DNA of 64,000 nucleotides from a virus: IMG/VR virus record IMGVR_UViG_3300036768_000843, positions 30,994 to 94,993 of that record; one strand, 5' to 3'. Shown piece by piece: positions 28,027 to 38,181 of this stretch (position 1 is its first letter; each line of letters starts with the position of its first letter). The notes under the pieces were generated by a model. It saw only the letters and a program-made list of their open reading frames with translations, ran no database searches and was not told where the DNA came from. The position numbers and the translations under genes were made by a program.

Positions 28027-28479
28027 TCAAATACGCTCGCCGACGCCAAGCCACGTCTCGTGGCAACCCTTGAGACGCCGGCTCAGGTCTTCACGATCAC
28101 CCGGCTTGTCCCAAGCGATCACGGAGACTTTGACGGGAACCTGGTTCTTTCGAGCCTTCTTCCACAGGATCGAAAAGGCGATCGTCCGCGTCTCCGTGAC
28201 GTCGTAGAAGGCGACGTAGGCGCTGTCGGCCAGCACCTGGCGTTGAGCAGGAACAGGGTTCTTTTCGTCGAGCTGCGCGGCCATCTGACCGTCGACGACC
28301 TCGATGTAGGGATGCTTCTGAACGACTCGCCGAACGTGATCGGCGACGTCACGTCCGCAACGGTTCGTCGGCCAAGCAACGAGCTCGCCCCGGCTCGGGG
28401 CTGAGATCTTCACACGCCAGTTCTCGGCGCGTGCGGCCGAAGTCAGCAGCAGCAAAGTCGTCACGATCAGCGTTCGCAT
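28027..28479 (-). CDS. Secreted hypothetical protein
   Basis: Signal peptide MRTLIVTTLLLLTSAARA; AAGGAGG RBS. Confidence 0.7.
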   Translation of the reverse strand: MRTLIVTTLLLLTSAARAENWRVKISAPSRGELVAWPTNRCGRDVADHVRRVVQKHPYIEVVDGQMAAQLDEKNPVPAQRQVLADSAYVAFYDVTETRTIAFSILWKKARKNQVPVKVSVIAWDKPGDREDLSRRLKGCHETWLGVGERI

Positions 28480-28636
28480 GGCTTCCTCCTTGGTTCTCTG
28501 TTTCGATTCAGTCGGTATCGAACGACTCGTGCGCGCGGTCGCGTGTCACGAGTTCCGTGAATCACATCGCGCACGTGCCATGTGAGGGCAGTGACGACGA
28601 TGCCGGCATAGAGCGCAATGGCGAGCGTCGCGATCG

Positions 28637-29557
28637 TCACGACGGATTCGGCTCCTTCTCGGGGAGCTTCCGCGCCGTCCACGGCGGCAAGAGGTGATTT
28701 GCCGGCGGCCAAGCAGGACCGCCGGACGCCCGATCGCCGTAGCGCATGGCTCGATAGCCGGTGACCGCCGTGATCTGATCAGGCTGCGCGCCAACCTGTT
28801 TGGCCCAAGCCAGAAACGTCACGGCCAGCGTTCGGGGGCGCATGCCTCTGAATCCAACCCGCCGACCGCGGGCACGTAGCACGCGGTAGAAGCCGTCGGG
28901 CGTCAGCTGAGGTCCGATTGCCCGATCGCTCGGGTCGACGCGCGGCCGGCCGAGCGACCGGAACAGAAACCCACTGGTCACGCCGTTGCTGCGCAGCCAG
29001 TCGATCCACTTTGCGAGCGCAGCGCGCGTCTCGTCATCGAGCGAGATAGTGTGCGTCTGGCCGCCTTTCTTGACGAAGCGCAGCTCTGACTTTTCCAGAT
29101 CGACGTCGGCGATTTTGATCTGGCAGATCGAGAAGCGCAACATGCCAGTCCGTAGCCCGAGCGTGATCAAGGCGGCGTCGCGAATGTCGCGCCCGCGCGA
29201 CCCGGCGCAGGCTTCGACGAGCGCTCGACCTTGATCCCACGTCAGGGCGCGGAGCCGGCGCGGTGGTGGCTTGACCTTGAGCTGACATGCGCGGGCTGCT
29301 TCTGCGAGCGAATCGAGCTTTGCGCGCTCGGCAGCGTAGCGAAGTGCGTTGAGCGCGACGTTCACGCTGCGCGGGCTGAGCTCTTTCAACATGAAATCTC
29401 GCCACGCGGCGACGTGTACGAGGTCGCTCGACGCCTCGGGCTTCGACTCAACGAATGCCGCGAACGCGCGCGCGTGGTGGAGGTAGAGTTCGCGGGTGCG
29501 TGGCCGCAGCTTGCGGCTGCGGATAACGGCTGCTTCGAGCTGTGTCAGTAACGTCAT
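28637..29557 (-). CDS. Second tyrosine recombinase, catalytic motifs degenerate
   Basis: RDAALITLGLRTGMLR and KKGG shared with the 23711 gene; PRTLAVT in place of PHxxRH. Confidence 0.75.
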   Translation of the reverse strand: MTLLTQLEAAVIRSRKLRPRTRELYLHHARAFAAFVESKPEASSDLVHVAAWRDFMLKELSPRSVNVALNALRYAAERAKLDSLAEAARACQLKVKPPPRRLRALTWDQGRALVEACAGSRGRDIRDAALITLGLRTGMLRFSICQIKIADVDLEKSELRFVKKGGQTHTISLDDETRAALAKWIDWLRSNGVTSGFLFRSLGRPRVDPSDRAIGPQLTPDGFYRVLRARGRRVGFRGMRPRTLAVTFLAWAKQVGAQPDQITAVTGYRAMRYGDRASGGPAWPPANHLLPPWTARKLPEKEPNPS

Positions 29558-29608
29558 CGGTCGTCTGGCAATATAGACGGAGCTGCTCGCCAAGTCACGA
29601 CCTAGTTT

Positions 29609-30361
29609 TCAAGATTCACCAACGAGCCGTCGGCGATCGACGTGGCTCGGTACGAACCGCCCATCGCAGAGCACGGCCCCGCCACGCTCTCGGATTCCGT
29701 CGCAGATCGCGTAGTCTTCACCGCGCGCGTTCCGTGGGCGGCTCGTGTAGTCGTGCGTCATCACGAACCACGGTCCCGTGGGCCAGAAGCGGCGGATCCA
29801 GCCGAGGTTGACTGCGATGCAGGCCCCGCCGATCCGCCCGACGGCGCGTACCGTACCGCGCAGGTCGCGAAGCGGCACGAGCTGGCCGCTCGTGTCTTGG
29901 ACGCACACGTCCTGCGTCTCCCCGCCACGACCGCGAACTGGCGCGCCGACGAGGCCGACCCCGTTGCAGCCAGCTGGCAGCTCGATGGCGTGCGAGACGA
30001 AGCCATCCTCGGTGTCGACGGGCACCTGTCGGCGATCGGCGTCTCGAATCATCTGAAGAATGTCGACGCCGGCATCGCCGATTGCGTCTGCGATTCCGTC
30101 TGTGCCCGTCGAGCGGTGAAACGTGTCTGCATCGATCATGAACACCCAGTCGCAGCCGGCTACCATCGCATCGTAGACGATCGTGTTGCGGCAAAGATCG
30201 ATGCCGTTGACGTGGTACTCGCTGAACCAGGTAAGCGTGAACTTGTCGCGGGCTTCGCAGAGCGCCGCGCCGAGGCCAAGCCACATCGCGGCGTGGCCGA
30301 CGTCGAGTTTGCTGCCGTACGCCGGCAAGCCGATTCCCAAACGGATCATACGCTCTATCAC
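29609..30361 (-). CDS. Glycosyltransferase-like (GT-A fold)
   Basis: RN, WVFMIDAD, GEDYAIC motifs. Confidence 0.7.
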   Translation of the reverse strand: MIERMIRLGIGLPAYGSKLDVGHAAMWLGLGAALCEARDKFTLTWFSEYHVNGIDLCRNTIVYDAMVAGCDWVFMIDADTFHRSTGTDGIADAIGDAGVDILQMIRDADRRQVPVDTEDGFVSHAIELPAGCNGVGLVGAPVRGRGGETQDVCVQDTSGQLVPLRDLRGTVRAVGRIGGACIAVNLGWIRRFWPTGPWFVMTHDYTSRPRNARGEDYAICDGIRERGGAVLCDGRFVPSHVDRRRLVGES

Positions 30362-30663
30362 ATCGAGTAACCGTCGATCAGCAACGTGTTGAACGTGCCG
30401 AACGCGCCGCCTTGATGCTCGCAGATCTCACCTAGCTTCATCGGCGGACACAGACCATCGGTTGACTGCAGCATCCAGCGACAACGTGATGCGAGTGCGC
30501 AGTCAAGCCGCTTCTTACGCGGTCGACCGCGCATCAACTCGTCAACTGGGATCGTATCGGCCGCCGTACAACGCCTCGCCCACCAGGAACAGTGCGCGGT
30601 CTGGCAGTCCTCGTGTGTGAAGACGCCCACGCCATCAACGACGGACGGACATTGCGGCTTCAC
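30358..30663 (-). CDS. Cys-rich hypothetical protein
   Basis: Overlap-coupled ORF with multiple Cys. Confidence 0.5.
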   Translation of the reverse strand: MKPQCPSVVDGVGVFTHEDCQTAHCSWWARRCTAADTIPVDELMRGRPRKKRLDCALASRCRWMLQSTDGLCPPMKLGEICEHQGGAFGTFNTLLIDGYSM

Positions 30664-30911
30664 ACGTCCAGCTCCAGCTGGCGGCCGAAACCAATGGCGT
30701 GGCCCATCGCGCGGCGCAACGCTGCGAATGCCGCTTCGATGGCTTGCGCTTCGGTGTCGCCCTCGCCCGCGAAGGACCCAAAGCGGGAATAGACGATGGC
30801 TCGCCGCTTACTGCTGTCTGGATCGATGAGCAACAGCATCGCCGAGACACCAAGCGCGGCGCGCTGCACCGCCAATTCACCGAGGGTCGTCTGTTCCGTG
30901 ATGTTCGTCAT
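30660..30911 (-). CDS. Hypothetical protein
   Basis: GAGG RBS, coupled ORF. Confidence 0.55.
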   Translation of the reverse strand: MTNITEQTTLGELAVQRAALGVSAMLLLIDPDSSKRRAIVYSRFGSFAGEGDTEAQAIEAAFAALRRAMGHAIGFGRQLELDV

Positions 30912-30926
30912 ATATCCTCTTGCTGT

Positions 30927-31142
30927 TTAGACGTTGCCGACGCGACGCGCGACCTTGCGCTTGTAGTACACGATGATCGTCACGCAGTGAAACGCCGCAT
31001 CCGACGACTGGAAAACTTCGATGTCGACGATGTCGACGTTGTCTTTTTCGCTCGCGATCCATTCCGTGACTTTCTCACCGAGGACCGCGCGCTCGTGGTT
31101 CAGCGTCGCTGAAAACACCTTCAAACCATCAAACTTCGCCAC
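30927..31142 (-). CDS. Small conserved myxobacterial-type protein
   Basis: VFSAT...R..LGE.VT.W...QSSD.AFHC.TI..YY pattern recalled from myxobacterial hypothetical proteins. Confidence 0.6.
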   Translation of the reverse strand: MAKFDGLKVFSATLNHERAVLGEKVTEWIASEKDNVDIVDIEVFQSSDAAFHCVTIIVYYKRKVARRVGNV

Positions 31143-31758
31143 GTTTTGCTCCCTTCTGAAGTAACGCACAGGCACCTTCGAAGTCTTTGATACCGATCAG
31201 CGCGTTGGCTGCAAGTAGTTCGTCGTCCGTTGCGCGCAAAAGACGCTTGGTGGTCGGCCTCGGCGCGGCAAGAGCGAATGACGCGAGCAGCTGATCGCGC
31301 AGCTGCAAGGGATCGCCGAATGCGCGCGCATGAAGGACTCGTAGCGCGGCAAGTGCAAGCGGTCGGATCTCGGCGCTACCCAAACGTCGGACACCCCAAT
31401 ATCGAGCGGCGGCTTTACCCTCAGGTTCTCGCAACAGTGCCGCTTCCGCTGCGGTGCGCGTGGACGGAGTTTGCAAGCGCTGACGGTCACGCCCGTACCG
31501 CCCGTGCTGTAGACAATCCTCTGTTTCAGCGTGCATGCAAGGTAAACAACCAAACCAAACCGCAGCGCGTCCGTCCGGTGACGCCACGACCACGACGGAT
31601 TCGATCAGAGCGGAAAAGCAGACAACCTGCCACCGGCCTTGCTTCTGCGCGGCCGTTGCCCATTCGTGAATGTCCTGTTCGTCGAAATCGACGAAGGCAC
31701 CTGACTGTACGGACACTGGAATGCGGCAGCGGGCACGAACGATCCGAGCTGTCGTCAT
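31129..31758 (-). CDS. Hypothetical protein
   Basis: ATGA-coupled start MTTARIV. Confidence 0.5.
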   Translation of the reverse strand: MTTARIVRARCRIPVSVQSGAFVDFDEQDIHEWATAAQKQGRWQVVCFSALIESVVVVASPDGRAAVWFGCLPCMHAETEDCLQHGRYGRDRQRLQTPSTRTAAEAALLREPEGKAAARYWGVRRLGSAEIRPLALAALRVLHARAFGDPLQLRDQLLASFALAAPRPTTKRLLRATDDELLAANALIGIKDFEGACALLQKGAKRGEV

Positions 31759-32111
31759 ACCGCTATCCCCAGAAAATGGCGCAGCTGGGCAGCGAACGTT
31801 TCGATGTCGACGCCCTTGGAAATCACTTTGTCGTGTTGAAAGTCCGCGACCGCGCCCGAGAGATACACGAAGCGCTCGGCCAGGTGCGGTTGATGGAGCC
31901 GAAGCCAGTCCGGCACCTGGCTGGCTCGGCCCCCGCGCACGAGAAAATCCGACAGAACGCAATCGTAAACGTTCGCCTGAAGCAGCGCGATTGCACCCTG
32001 CGAAGAGTCGGTCGTGTCGACCGCGACCGGAACGCCATCGAAGGCACTCCGAACAGTCCGCGCGAGCGCGCGTTGTAGTAGCATGTCGTCTTCGATCACG
32101 AGGACCCGCAC
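31755..32111 (-). CDS. Stand-alone response-regulator receiver domain
   Basis: VLVIEDD, YDCVLSD, LSG, ISK. Confidence 0.75.
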   Translation of the reverse strand: MRVLVIEDDMLLQRALARTVRSAFDGVPVAVDTTDSSQGAIALLQANVYDCVLSDFLVRGGRASQVPDWLRLHQPHLAERFVYLSGAVADFQHDKVISKGVDIETFAAQLRHFLGIAV

Positions 32112-33427
32112 GCCGCACCTCCCCGCAGGTACTTGACGAGATCGCGCCAGGTCGCTTCGATCTCCGCGACGTGACTTTTCTCACCGTCGCCGCCATTGCG
32201 ATGCGCGAACTCGTGGATCAGCGTCGCGAGGCACTGGTCGCGATCGGCGACGACGCGAGACGCGAGCAGGATGCGACCGTCTTTGTACTGTCCTCGGAGG
32301 TCGCTGGCGCGAAATTCGACGACGTCGACGAGATCGAGCGTGCAGCCCTCGCGGACCTTGCCAAGCAATTCGATGTTGTCCGTCAGGTTGCTTCGTTGAT
32401 CGAAGGTCAAGTCGTGCCATGACAGCGTTCGCACGACCTCTTCGCGGAGCCGCTTCTGCAGCGCTTCCTTGTCGCCCAAGGTCGTTGCGAGGAGCGCGCC
32501 GAGCGGCTTAGACACGACGACCCCGCGCCGGCCCAGGTGTTCGACCTGAGCTGACTCGGCGAGCGTCCCGACCGGCACCGCGTCGCGGCCGAACTGCGCG
32601 ACGAATTTTGCGGCGACGGCTTCCTTGATTTCTTTTGGCGCGTTTGGGGCGCTGTGCTCCAAACCTAGTACGTCGGGCTTGCCTTCGAGCGCGAAACGGA
32701 ACAGCGGATCCAGCAGGTCTGGACGCTTCGCGGCAGCTTCCATCCAGATCTGCGAGCAGTACCACTGCTGATCCCACGCCGCGACCATCTTGCGGTCGCG
32801 GTCGACCTCCGCGCGGAAGAAATTGTAGCCTGCGTTCAAGCGGGCGTCGTGGGTAACGAAGATACCCTTGACGAAGACATTTCCACGATGCTTCGTGTCG
32901 AGCAAAAGCTCGCCGCGATCGGTGGCGACGCGATCGTCTTTGCCAGGCGCGCCGAGGAACAGAAACCGCTCGCGCAACTGCTCCCACTCCCGTGCCGAGA
33001 CATTGTCGATCTCGACGCGCACGCGCCGTTTGTCCTCGCGGCCACCGACGCAATCGAACCAGAGCACGTCCGCGCCGTAGCGCTCGCTCTTGGCGATGAA
33101 AGCGGTCCAGACCTCGGAGCCGGTCCGGATCCGGACCTTGTGCCCGGCGCGCACAAGCGCGAGGATCCCAAGCTTCAAGCCCTCGCCGAACTTGCCGATC
33201 ATGTCGACGCGATCGGCCTTGCTCGTCGTGCCGAACAAGAGTGCCTCGCGCGACAGCACCGCGCCCTCGTTCTCGATGCGCAGCGTGCCGTTGTAGTGCG
33301 TGACCTTGAGCGGGGCGTCGAACTCGGTTTCGGCATCCTTGCCGTTCTGGACCAGCTCACGGATGCCTTCCCAGGCACCCCAGGACGGGAGGTACTGCAC
33401 GTTGATCGACAATTCGAGCTTGCTCAT
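32096..33427 (-). CDS. GHKL ATPase fused to HExxH peptidase-like C-terminus
   Basis: IRELVQNGKDA, IGKFGEGLK; LIHEFAH. Confidence 0.75.
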   Translation of the reverse strand: MSKLELSINVQYLPSWGAWEGIRELVQNGKDAETEFDAPLKVTHYNGTLRIENEGAVLSREALLFGTTSKADRVDMIGKFGEGLKLGILALVRAGHKVRIRTGSEVWTAFIAKSERYGADVLWFDCVGGREDKRRVRVEIDNVSAREWEQLRERFLFLGAPGKDDRVATDRGELLLDTKHRGNVFVKGIFVTHDARLNAGYNFFRAEVDRDRKMVAAWDQQWYCSQIWMEAAAKRPDLLDPLFRFALEGKPDVLGLEHSAPNAPKEIKEAVAAKFVAQFGRDAVPVGTLAESAQVEHLGRRGVVVSKPLGALLATTLGDKEALQKRLREEVVRTLSWHDLTFDQRSNLTDNIELLGKVREGCTLDLVDVVEFRASDLRGQYKDGRILLASRVVADRDQCLATLIHEFAHRNGGDGEKSHVAEIEATWRDLVKYLRGGAACGSS

Positions 33428-33540
33428 GCGCGTGATGGTACTTGTCGTTATTCGACAAAGCAAGAGCAATATCGCAAGCACAGTGCGCCGAACAGCGTGC
33501 AAGAATTGTGATCGCGCGAACGATCGGGTAACGTACAGGC

Positions 33541-35577
33541 GTGGCGACCCGGCTTTTGCAGATCGTTCCCTTCACGAACGTCGCGCCATCTGCGACGGTC
33601 GTGCAACCGCACGACATCAACATCAACGGAGTCCCGAAGAAACCAGACTTCGTCGCGTCGGACGTCGGCGGCTTCACGATCGTCGTGACAGCGACGACAG
33701 TGTCAGTGACCAACACCGGCACCAATCCTGCCAGCCCCAACATCTGGCTGGAGCTGAAGCACACGACGCCGCGCCAGCTCGGCAACGATATCGACAACCT
33801 CACGCCGCAGCCGTTCGTGGTCGCGAGTGGTGGCGGCGGCAACACGGGCCAGCGGTTCGTCTACGTTGCCAACGGCACCGAAACCTTCGCAGGTTTCGTC
33901 GTAAACCTGCCGCAGCCACAGCCGCAGCCATACTTGGTGTGGGCGCAGATGGAAGGCTACCCGGGTTACGGCCCGTACATGACGTTCGACATCCCGACTG
34001 CGACGATGACGCCAACGCAGTTCACTGTGCTGCCGTCCAGTGATCTCGTTGCAGGCGACCAGATCGCGTTCTACGTCGACGAAGCAACAGCACCACCCGT
34101 TGGAATCACCTACTTCATCGACGGCGCGATCCAAATCCCACCGAAGTACAACGATCCAAGCTTTCAAGTCTCGGTGCTCGGTGGCGACATGGTGCAGATC
34201 ACCGGTAACAGCTTCACCGGCACGACCAACGTCACCGTCAACGGCGTCTCGGTGCCGTTCGTCGTCAACAACGACAACCTCATGACGCTCGGACCGCTTC
34301 CGTCAGGTCAACCGTACGGGCCCGCGACGGTGATCGCGACCAAGCCCGGCGGCGCAACACCGCCCGCGACGCCGTTTATCTACAGCCACTGGCGCACGCT
34401 CGCCCCCGTTGGCGTATCGGCGAGCGACCTACTGCGCAACGACGGCTGGTCGCTGCTACTCGATAACGGCAAGGTGCTGTACTTCGGTGGCAGCGGTATC
34501 AACGGTCAAGCAGGACCGAATCCGCCAGAGTGCTTTCTGTTCGATCCAGCGACACTCACATGGGCTCAGACGGGCAGCTTGAACCTGGCACGTGAGTGCT
34601 TCGCAGCTGTCAAGCACTCCAACGGCAAGGTCTACGTGTTCGGCGGTACGACCGTTGCGGGTGACGCACCGTTCGGTAATCCCGCACAGACCACCGAGAT
34701 CTACGATCCCGTCACGGGAACGTGGACGATGGGCGGCAACATTCAGCCGCGAGGGCTCTATGGCGGGTTCTTTCCGCGCCTGTCGTTCTGCGCATTCGAG
34801 CTGCCCGACGGCAACATCCTGATCTACGGCGGTAACAACACGAATCAGTCCGAGATCTACAACGTCACGACGAACATCTCGGGATCGTACGCGACGATTC
34901 CGACGTTCGGGAACGACGGCCAGGTCTACGACTGCACAGGCGTCCAACTCGCAAACGGTGACATCATCGCGTGGCTCGGCGGCGACTGTCTGTCAGCGGT
35001 GAATGGTGTCACGCTACGCTACGACTACGCGACCAACACGTGGTCGATGAAGACGCCGATGCCCACACCGCGCTCGGGCAACGACATGCGCTGCGCACTC
35101 TTGCCGTCAGGCAAGATCATCACCGTCGGCGGTGCGACCGCGAGCTTCAACCTCAATCCGGGCAATCGCCCTGCAACCAACGTCGTCGAGATCTATGATC
35201 CGGTGAACGATACGTGGGCAACGGCAAACCCGATTGCGGATCAAGCAACCGGCGTCCAGCTCTCAGTACTCGCCGACGGAACGCTGCAGCGTTCGGGCGG
35301 CGTGGTGTCCACGTTCCCGTACGGAGGCGCCGTGCTCACAACCGAGCACTACGACGAAAACACAGGCCTGTGGACGCCTCGCGATCCACGCCAGATGATC
35401 AACACCCCGGGCTGGTGGTTCTGGACCAACAACCCGGGCTGGACCCCACGCATCACGGGCGGCGGTGCGTGGGACCATAAGATGGTCATCGTCATGCCTG
35501 GTACGGACGTCATCTTCGTCGTCGGGCAGTATCCGTACGGTGACGGTGTCGAGCAGTACCGGCCACTGCCGCTGTAG
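33541..35577 (+). CDS. IPT/TIG plus Kelch-repeat protein, probable virion surface or adhesin protein
   Basis: VQITGNSFTGTTNVTVNG (IPT); repeated GKV..FGG...EIYDP...TW (Kelch); Thr/Asn/Pro-rich. Confidence 0.8.
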   Translation: MATRLLQIVPFTNVAPSATVVQPHDININGVPKKPDFVASDVGGFTIVVTATTVSVTNTGTNPASPNIWLELKHTTPRQLGNDIDNLTPQPFVVASGGGGNTGQRFVYVANGTETFAGFVVNLPQPQPQPYLVWAQMEGYPGYGPYMTFDIPTATMTPTQFTVLPSSDLVAGDQIAFYVDEATAPPVGITYFIDGAIQIPPKYNDPSFQVSVLGGDMVQITGNSFTGTTNVTVNGVSVPFVVNNDNLMTLGPLPSGQPYGPATVIATKPGGATPPATPFIYSHWRTLAPVGVSASDLLRNDGWSLLLDNGKVLYFGGSGINGQAGPNPPECFLFDPATLTWAQTGSLNLARECFAAVKHSNGKVYVFGGTTVAGDAPFGNPAQTTEIYDPVTGTWTMGGNIQPRGLYGGFFPRLSFCAFELPDGNILIYGGNNTNQSEIYNVTTNISGSYATIPTFGNDGQVYDCTGVQLANGDIIAWLGGDCLSAVNGVTLRYDYATNTWSMKTPMPTPRSGNDMRCALLPSGKIITVGGATASFNLNPGNRPATNVVEIYDPVNDTWATANPIADQATGVQLSVLADGTLQRSGGVVSTFPYGGAVLTTEHYDENTGLWTPRDPRQMINTPGWWFWTNNPGWTPRITGGGAWDHKMVIVMPGTDVIFVVGQYPYGDGVEQYRPLPL

Positions 35578-35585
35578 CGGTGGAG

Positions 35586-35816
35586 TCACAGCGCCGCTCG
35601 ATACGCCATGCAGCACCCACCGCACGGAAGCTTCGGCTGTCCGTCGGACACGTACGCGCGGGTTTTCGTGAACACCTCGTCCGGCACCTGCAGCACCCCT
35701 TCGGCGGCGTCGAACTTTCGAGCGCAGTACGTTTGAGCTTCGGCGTGAAGCCGCACTCGACCCGTCCACTTCACGATGTGGAGCGTGTTCCCTTCCGAGA
35801 TCGCCGCGATTGCCAT
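35586..35816 (-). CDS. Small hypothetical protein
   Basis: 76 aa ORF with Cys cluster. Confidence 0.4.
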   Translation of the reverse strand: MAIAAISEGNTLHIVKWTGRVRLHAEAQTYCARKFDAAEGVLQVPDEVFTKTRAYVSDGQPKLPCGGCCMAYRAAL

Positions 35817-35847
35817 GGCACGACGATCTTAACACACGCGCGTCGTT

Positions 35848-36420
35848 CTACCGGCGCAACTCCCGCATTGAATAAGCCACACCGACAGCGATAGCGGCCC
35901 CGATGAGAACAGCGAGTCCAACCGTAGCGCGTGACGGAAGGCGCGCTTCGCCGAACGGGTCGCGCCTACGCTTGGGGACGACAATCACACCGACGCGATC
36001 TCGAAACTGCCAGCGGCGATCCAGTTCGCGGCGCGACAGCAAGCGACGATTCCCTTGGACATTCGGATCCATGATCTCGACCAGGTCTTTGCCGACGCGC
36101 GTCGCGACCACGAAATGGCCTTGATTCGGTCGCGTGAAGCTGCGAATGGCGAGGATCACGGGCACGTCACGGCTCGTGTACGTTGCCAGTTCGTCGACCG
36201 AGCGGAAGTAGTGAGCGCGCGCGAGATAGCCACGGCGGCGGGCGGCCCCGGCAACCTGCGGAGCCGTCGAGCCCGTCTTCGGATCGATACCGACCTCGCG
36301 GATCAGCGTCTTTTCGGGAACACGTTCGCCCCAGTGTTGCAGAACCGCCTTGAGCGCGGCTGCTCCGCAGCTGTAGGGCTCGATCTGCTGGTATGGTTCG
36401 ACGGCGCCCAGCGCGAACAC
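35848..36420 (-). CDS. C39-family cysteine peptidase with C-terminal TM
   Basis: QQ...SCGAAAL, GHFVV, IMDP (Q-C-H-D). Confidence 0.85.
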   Translation of the reverse strand: MFALGAVEPYQQIEPYSCGAAALKAVLQHWGERVPEKTLIREVGIDPKTGSTAPQVAGAARRRGYLARAHYFRSVDELATYTSRDVPVILAIRSFTRPNQGHFVVATRVGKDLVEIMDPNVQGNRRLLSRRELDRRWQFRDRVGVIVVPKRRRDPFGEARLPSRATVGLAVLIGAAIAVGVAYSMRELRR

Positions 36421-36443
36421 GCAGCAATGCTATCATAGCGACC

Positions 36444-37019
36444 GTGGCGCGCCGCGTGATCACCGCACCCGAGATGGATCTCGTCGACCGCCTCGAAGGA
36501 CCGCTGATCTATCTCGCAGGGCCAATTCAGGGTACCTCTCACTGGCAGGCCGAAGCCATCGCGATCCTCGACGAGCTGGCTCCTGATGTCCATGTCGCGT
36601 CGCCGCGCGCAACGCGGTTTGCAGGCGGCGTCGAGCGTCATCTGGCATGGGAGCAGCGATTCATGGCACGCGCCGCAAAGGGCGGGGCGATTCTGTTTTG
36701 GTGCGCCAAAGAGACGAGCCACCGCTGCGATCGTAGCTACGCGGCGCAGATGCGCTTCGATCTTGGCGAGTGGACGGTCAAGTCGAGTCTCGGTCTGGCA
36801 CGGCTCGTCGTCGGCATCGAGCGCGGTTTCACAGGGGGTCCGTACTTGCAGCGGCGCTACGCTCTCAACTATCCGCATGTGCCCGTGTGCCGTAGCCTGC
36901 GCCAGGCGTGCGCAGCGGCCGTTGAGTTGGCGTACCGTGAAATTCCTCAGGTGCTCTATCCGCGCACGCTCGAAGATCTGTTCGTGCCACAAAACTTCAG
37001 CTTCAAGATCAGTGGATGA
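36444..37019 (+). CDS. Nucleoside 2-deoxyribosyltransferase-like protein
   Basis: IYLAGPIQG..HWQ, WE, ILFW, FDLGE. Confidence 0.7.
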   Translation: MARRVITAPEMDLVDRLEGPLIYLAGPIQGTSHWQAEAIAILDELAPDVHVASPRATRFAGGVERHLAWEQRFMARAAKGGAILFWCAKETSHRCDRSYAAQMRFDLGEWTVKSSLGLARLVVGIERGFTGGPYLQRRYALNYPHVPVCRSLRQACAAAVELAYREIPQVLYPRTLEDLFVPQNFSFKISG

Positions 37020-37741
37020 CTCGACCACGTGCAATCGGCCTTTTGGCGACTCGCGACCGTCCCGAGTGGGCGCACCGAGCTGCGCACTTGTTCTTCGAGC
37101 AGCGCTACGAAGGCCCGAAGACGTTGCTTATCTACGACGACTCACCGACGCCGCTTGCGCTGTGTAAGACGCTCGCTAGCCAGGACGTCACCGTCGTCGG
37201 CATGCCAGCTACGAAGCTGCCAGCGAAGCGGAACACGATGATGCGCGCCGCCATCGCGCGCGACCCAGACGCGATCTTCTTCGTCTGGGATGACGACGAC
37301 TACCAAGGCCCGGAACGGGTCACGCGGCAGATCGACGCGCTGCAAGCACACCCCACGGCCGAGGGCTGCATCTTCTGTCCCTATCTGGTGTACGACGCGC
37401 AAGCGCGACGGCTCCACCAACTCGGCAAGGCGACGCTACACGGTTTGTCTCTGCGCACCTTCGGTGACGCGACGCTCGCGTTCCGTCGCTCGCTGTGGGA
37501 GCGCATTCCGTGGGACGAGACGATCGACCCGAACGCTTGCTGGCGTTGGCGACTGGAGCCCGTCGATCGGATCGTCGACATTCCGGGCGAGAAAGACTAC
37601 GTAGTCGTACGACACGTCGAGAATCACACCCTGAAGCTCTGGCCCGATCGGTTCCATCCAGCGATCTGGACACCCGACATCGACGTTGGCTGGCCGGCAG
37701 CGAGCATCGAGCAACTGCTCGCCGCTCGCTGCTGCACGTGA
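37016..37741 (+). CDS. Glycosyltransferase family 2
   Basis: TRDRP, KRN, FVWDDDDY..P.R. Confidence 0.8.
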   Translation: MTRPRAIGLLATRDRPEWAHRAAHLFFEQRYEGPKTLLIYDDSPTPLALCKTLASQDVTVVGMPATKLPAKRNTMMRAAIARDPDAIFFVWDDDDYQGPERVTRQIDALQAHPTAEGCIFCPYLVYDAQARRLHQLGKATLHGLSLRTFGDATLAFRRSLWERIPWDETIDPNACWRWRLEPVDRIVDIPGEKDYVVVRHVENHTLKLWPDRFHPAIWTPDIDVGWPAASIEQLLAARCCT

Positions 37742-37756
37742 CGTGGCAGTTTACGC

Positions 37757-38125
37757 CTACAAGATCGTGTAGTTATCGGCGTCGCCGGGACCGACCAGCG
37801 AATGCGGGTTCCAGAAGAGAACGTTGAGCTGAGCGGCCACCGGCTGCGGGTTCGAGAACGTGACGTGGATCGTGTTCGTCGTCGCGTTGAAAGTTGGCTC
37901 GCCGTGGGTGATGTTCATCCACGGAAGAGTTGGCGCGAGCGGGATGACCTGGATACGTGACGGGTTACCGAAGTTCGGTTCGCCCGGCGACATGTCCGGG
38001 AACGACTTGTTCACCTGCGTCAGACCGGTGTCGACATCGAGAGTTCCTGGCGGGCCGCCGTTGACTGCAGGGGGAACGGTGATTTGCATGCGATTCCAAA
38101 GAAGAGCACCAGCCTTGCGCGACAT
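37757..38125 (-). CDS. Beta-rich hypothetical protein, possibly structural
   Basis: AGGAG RBS; Pro/Asn/Thr-rich. Confidence 0.6.
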   Translation of the reverse strand: MSRKAGALLWNRMQITVPPAVNGGPPGTLDVDTGLTQVNKSFPDMSPGEPNFGNPSRIQVIPLAPTLPWMNITHGEPTFNATTNTIHVTFSNPQPVAAQLNVLFWNPHSLVGPGDADNYTIL

Positions 38126-38181
38126 GTCAGTCTCCTAGTCGTATTGCCTCGATAGAATGCTATCGCTGAACGCGAGCGTGA

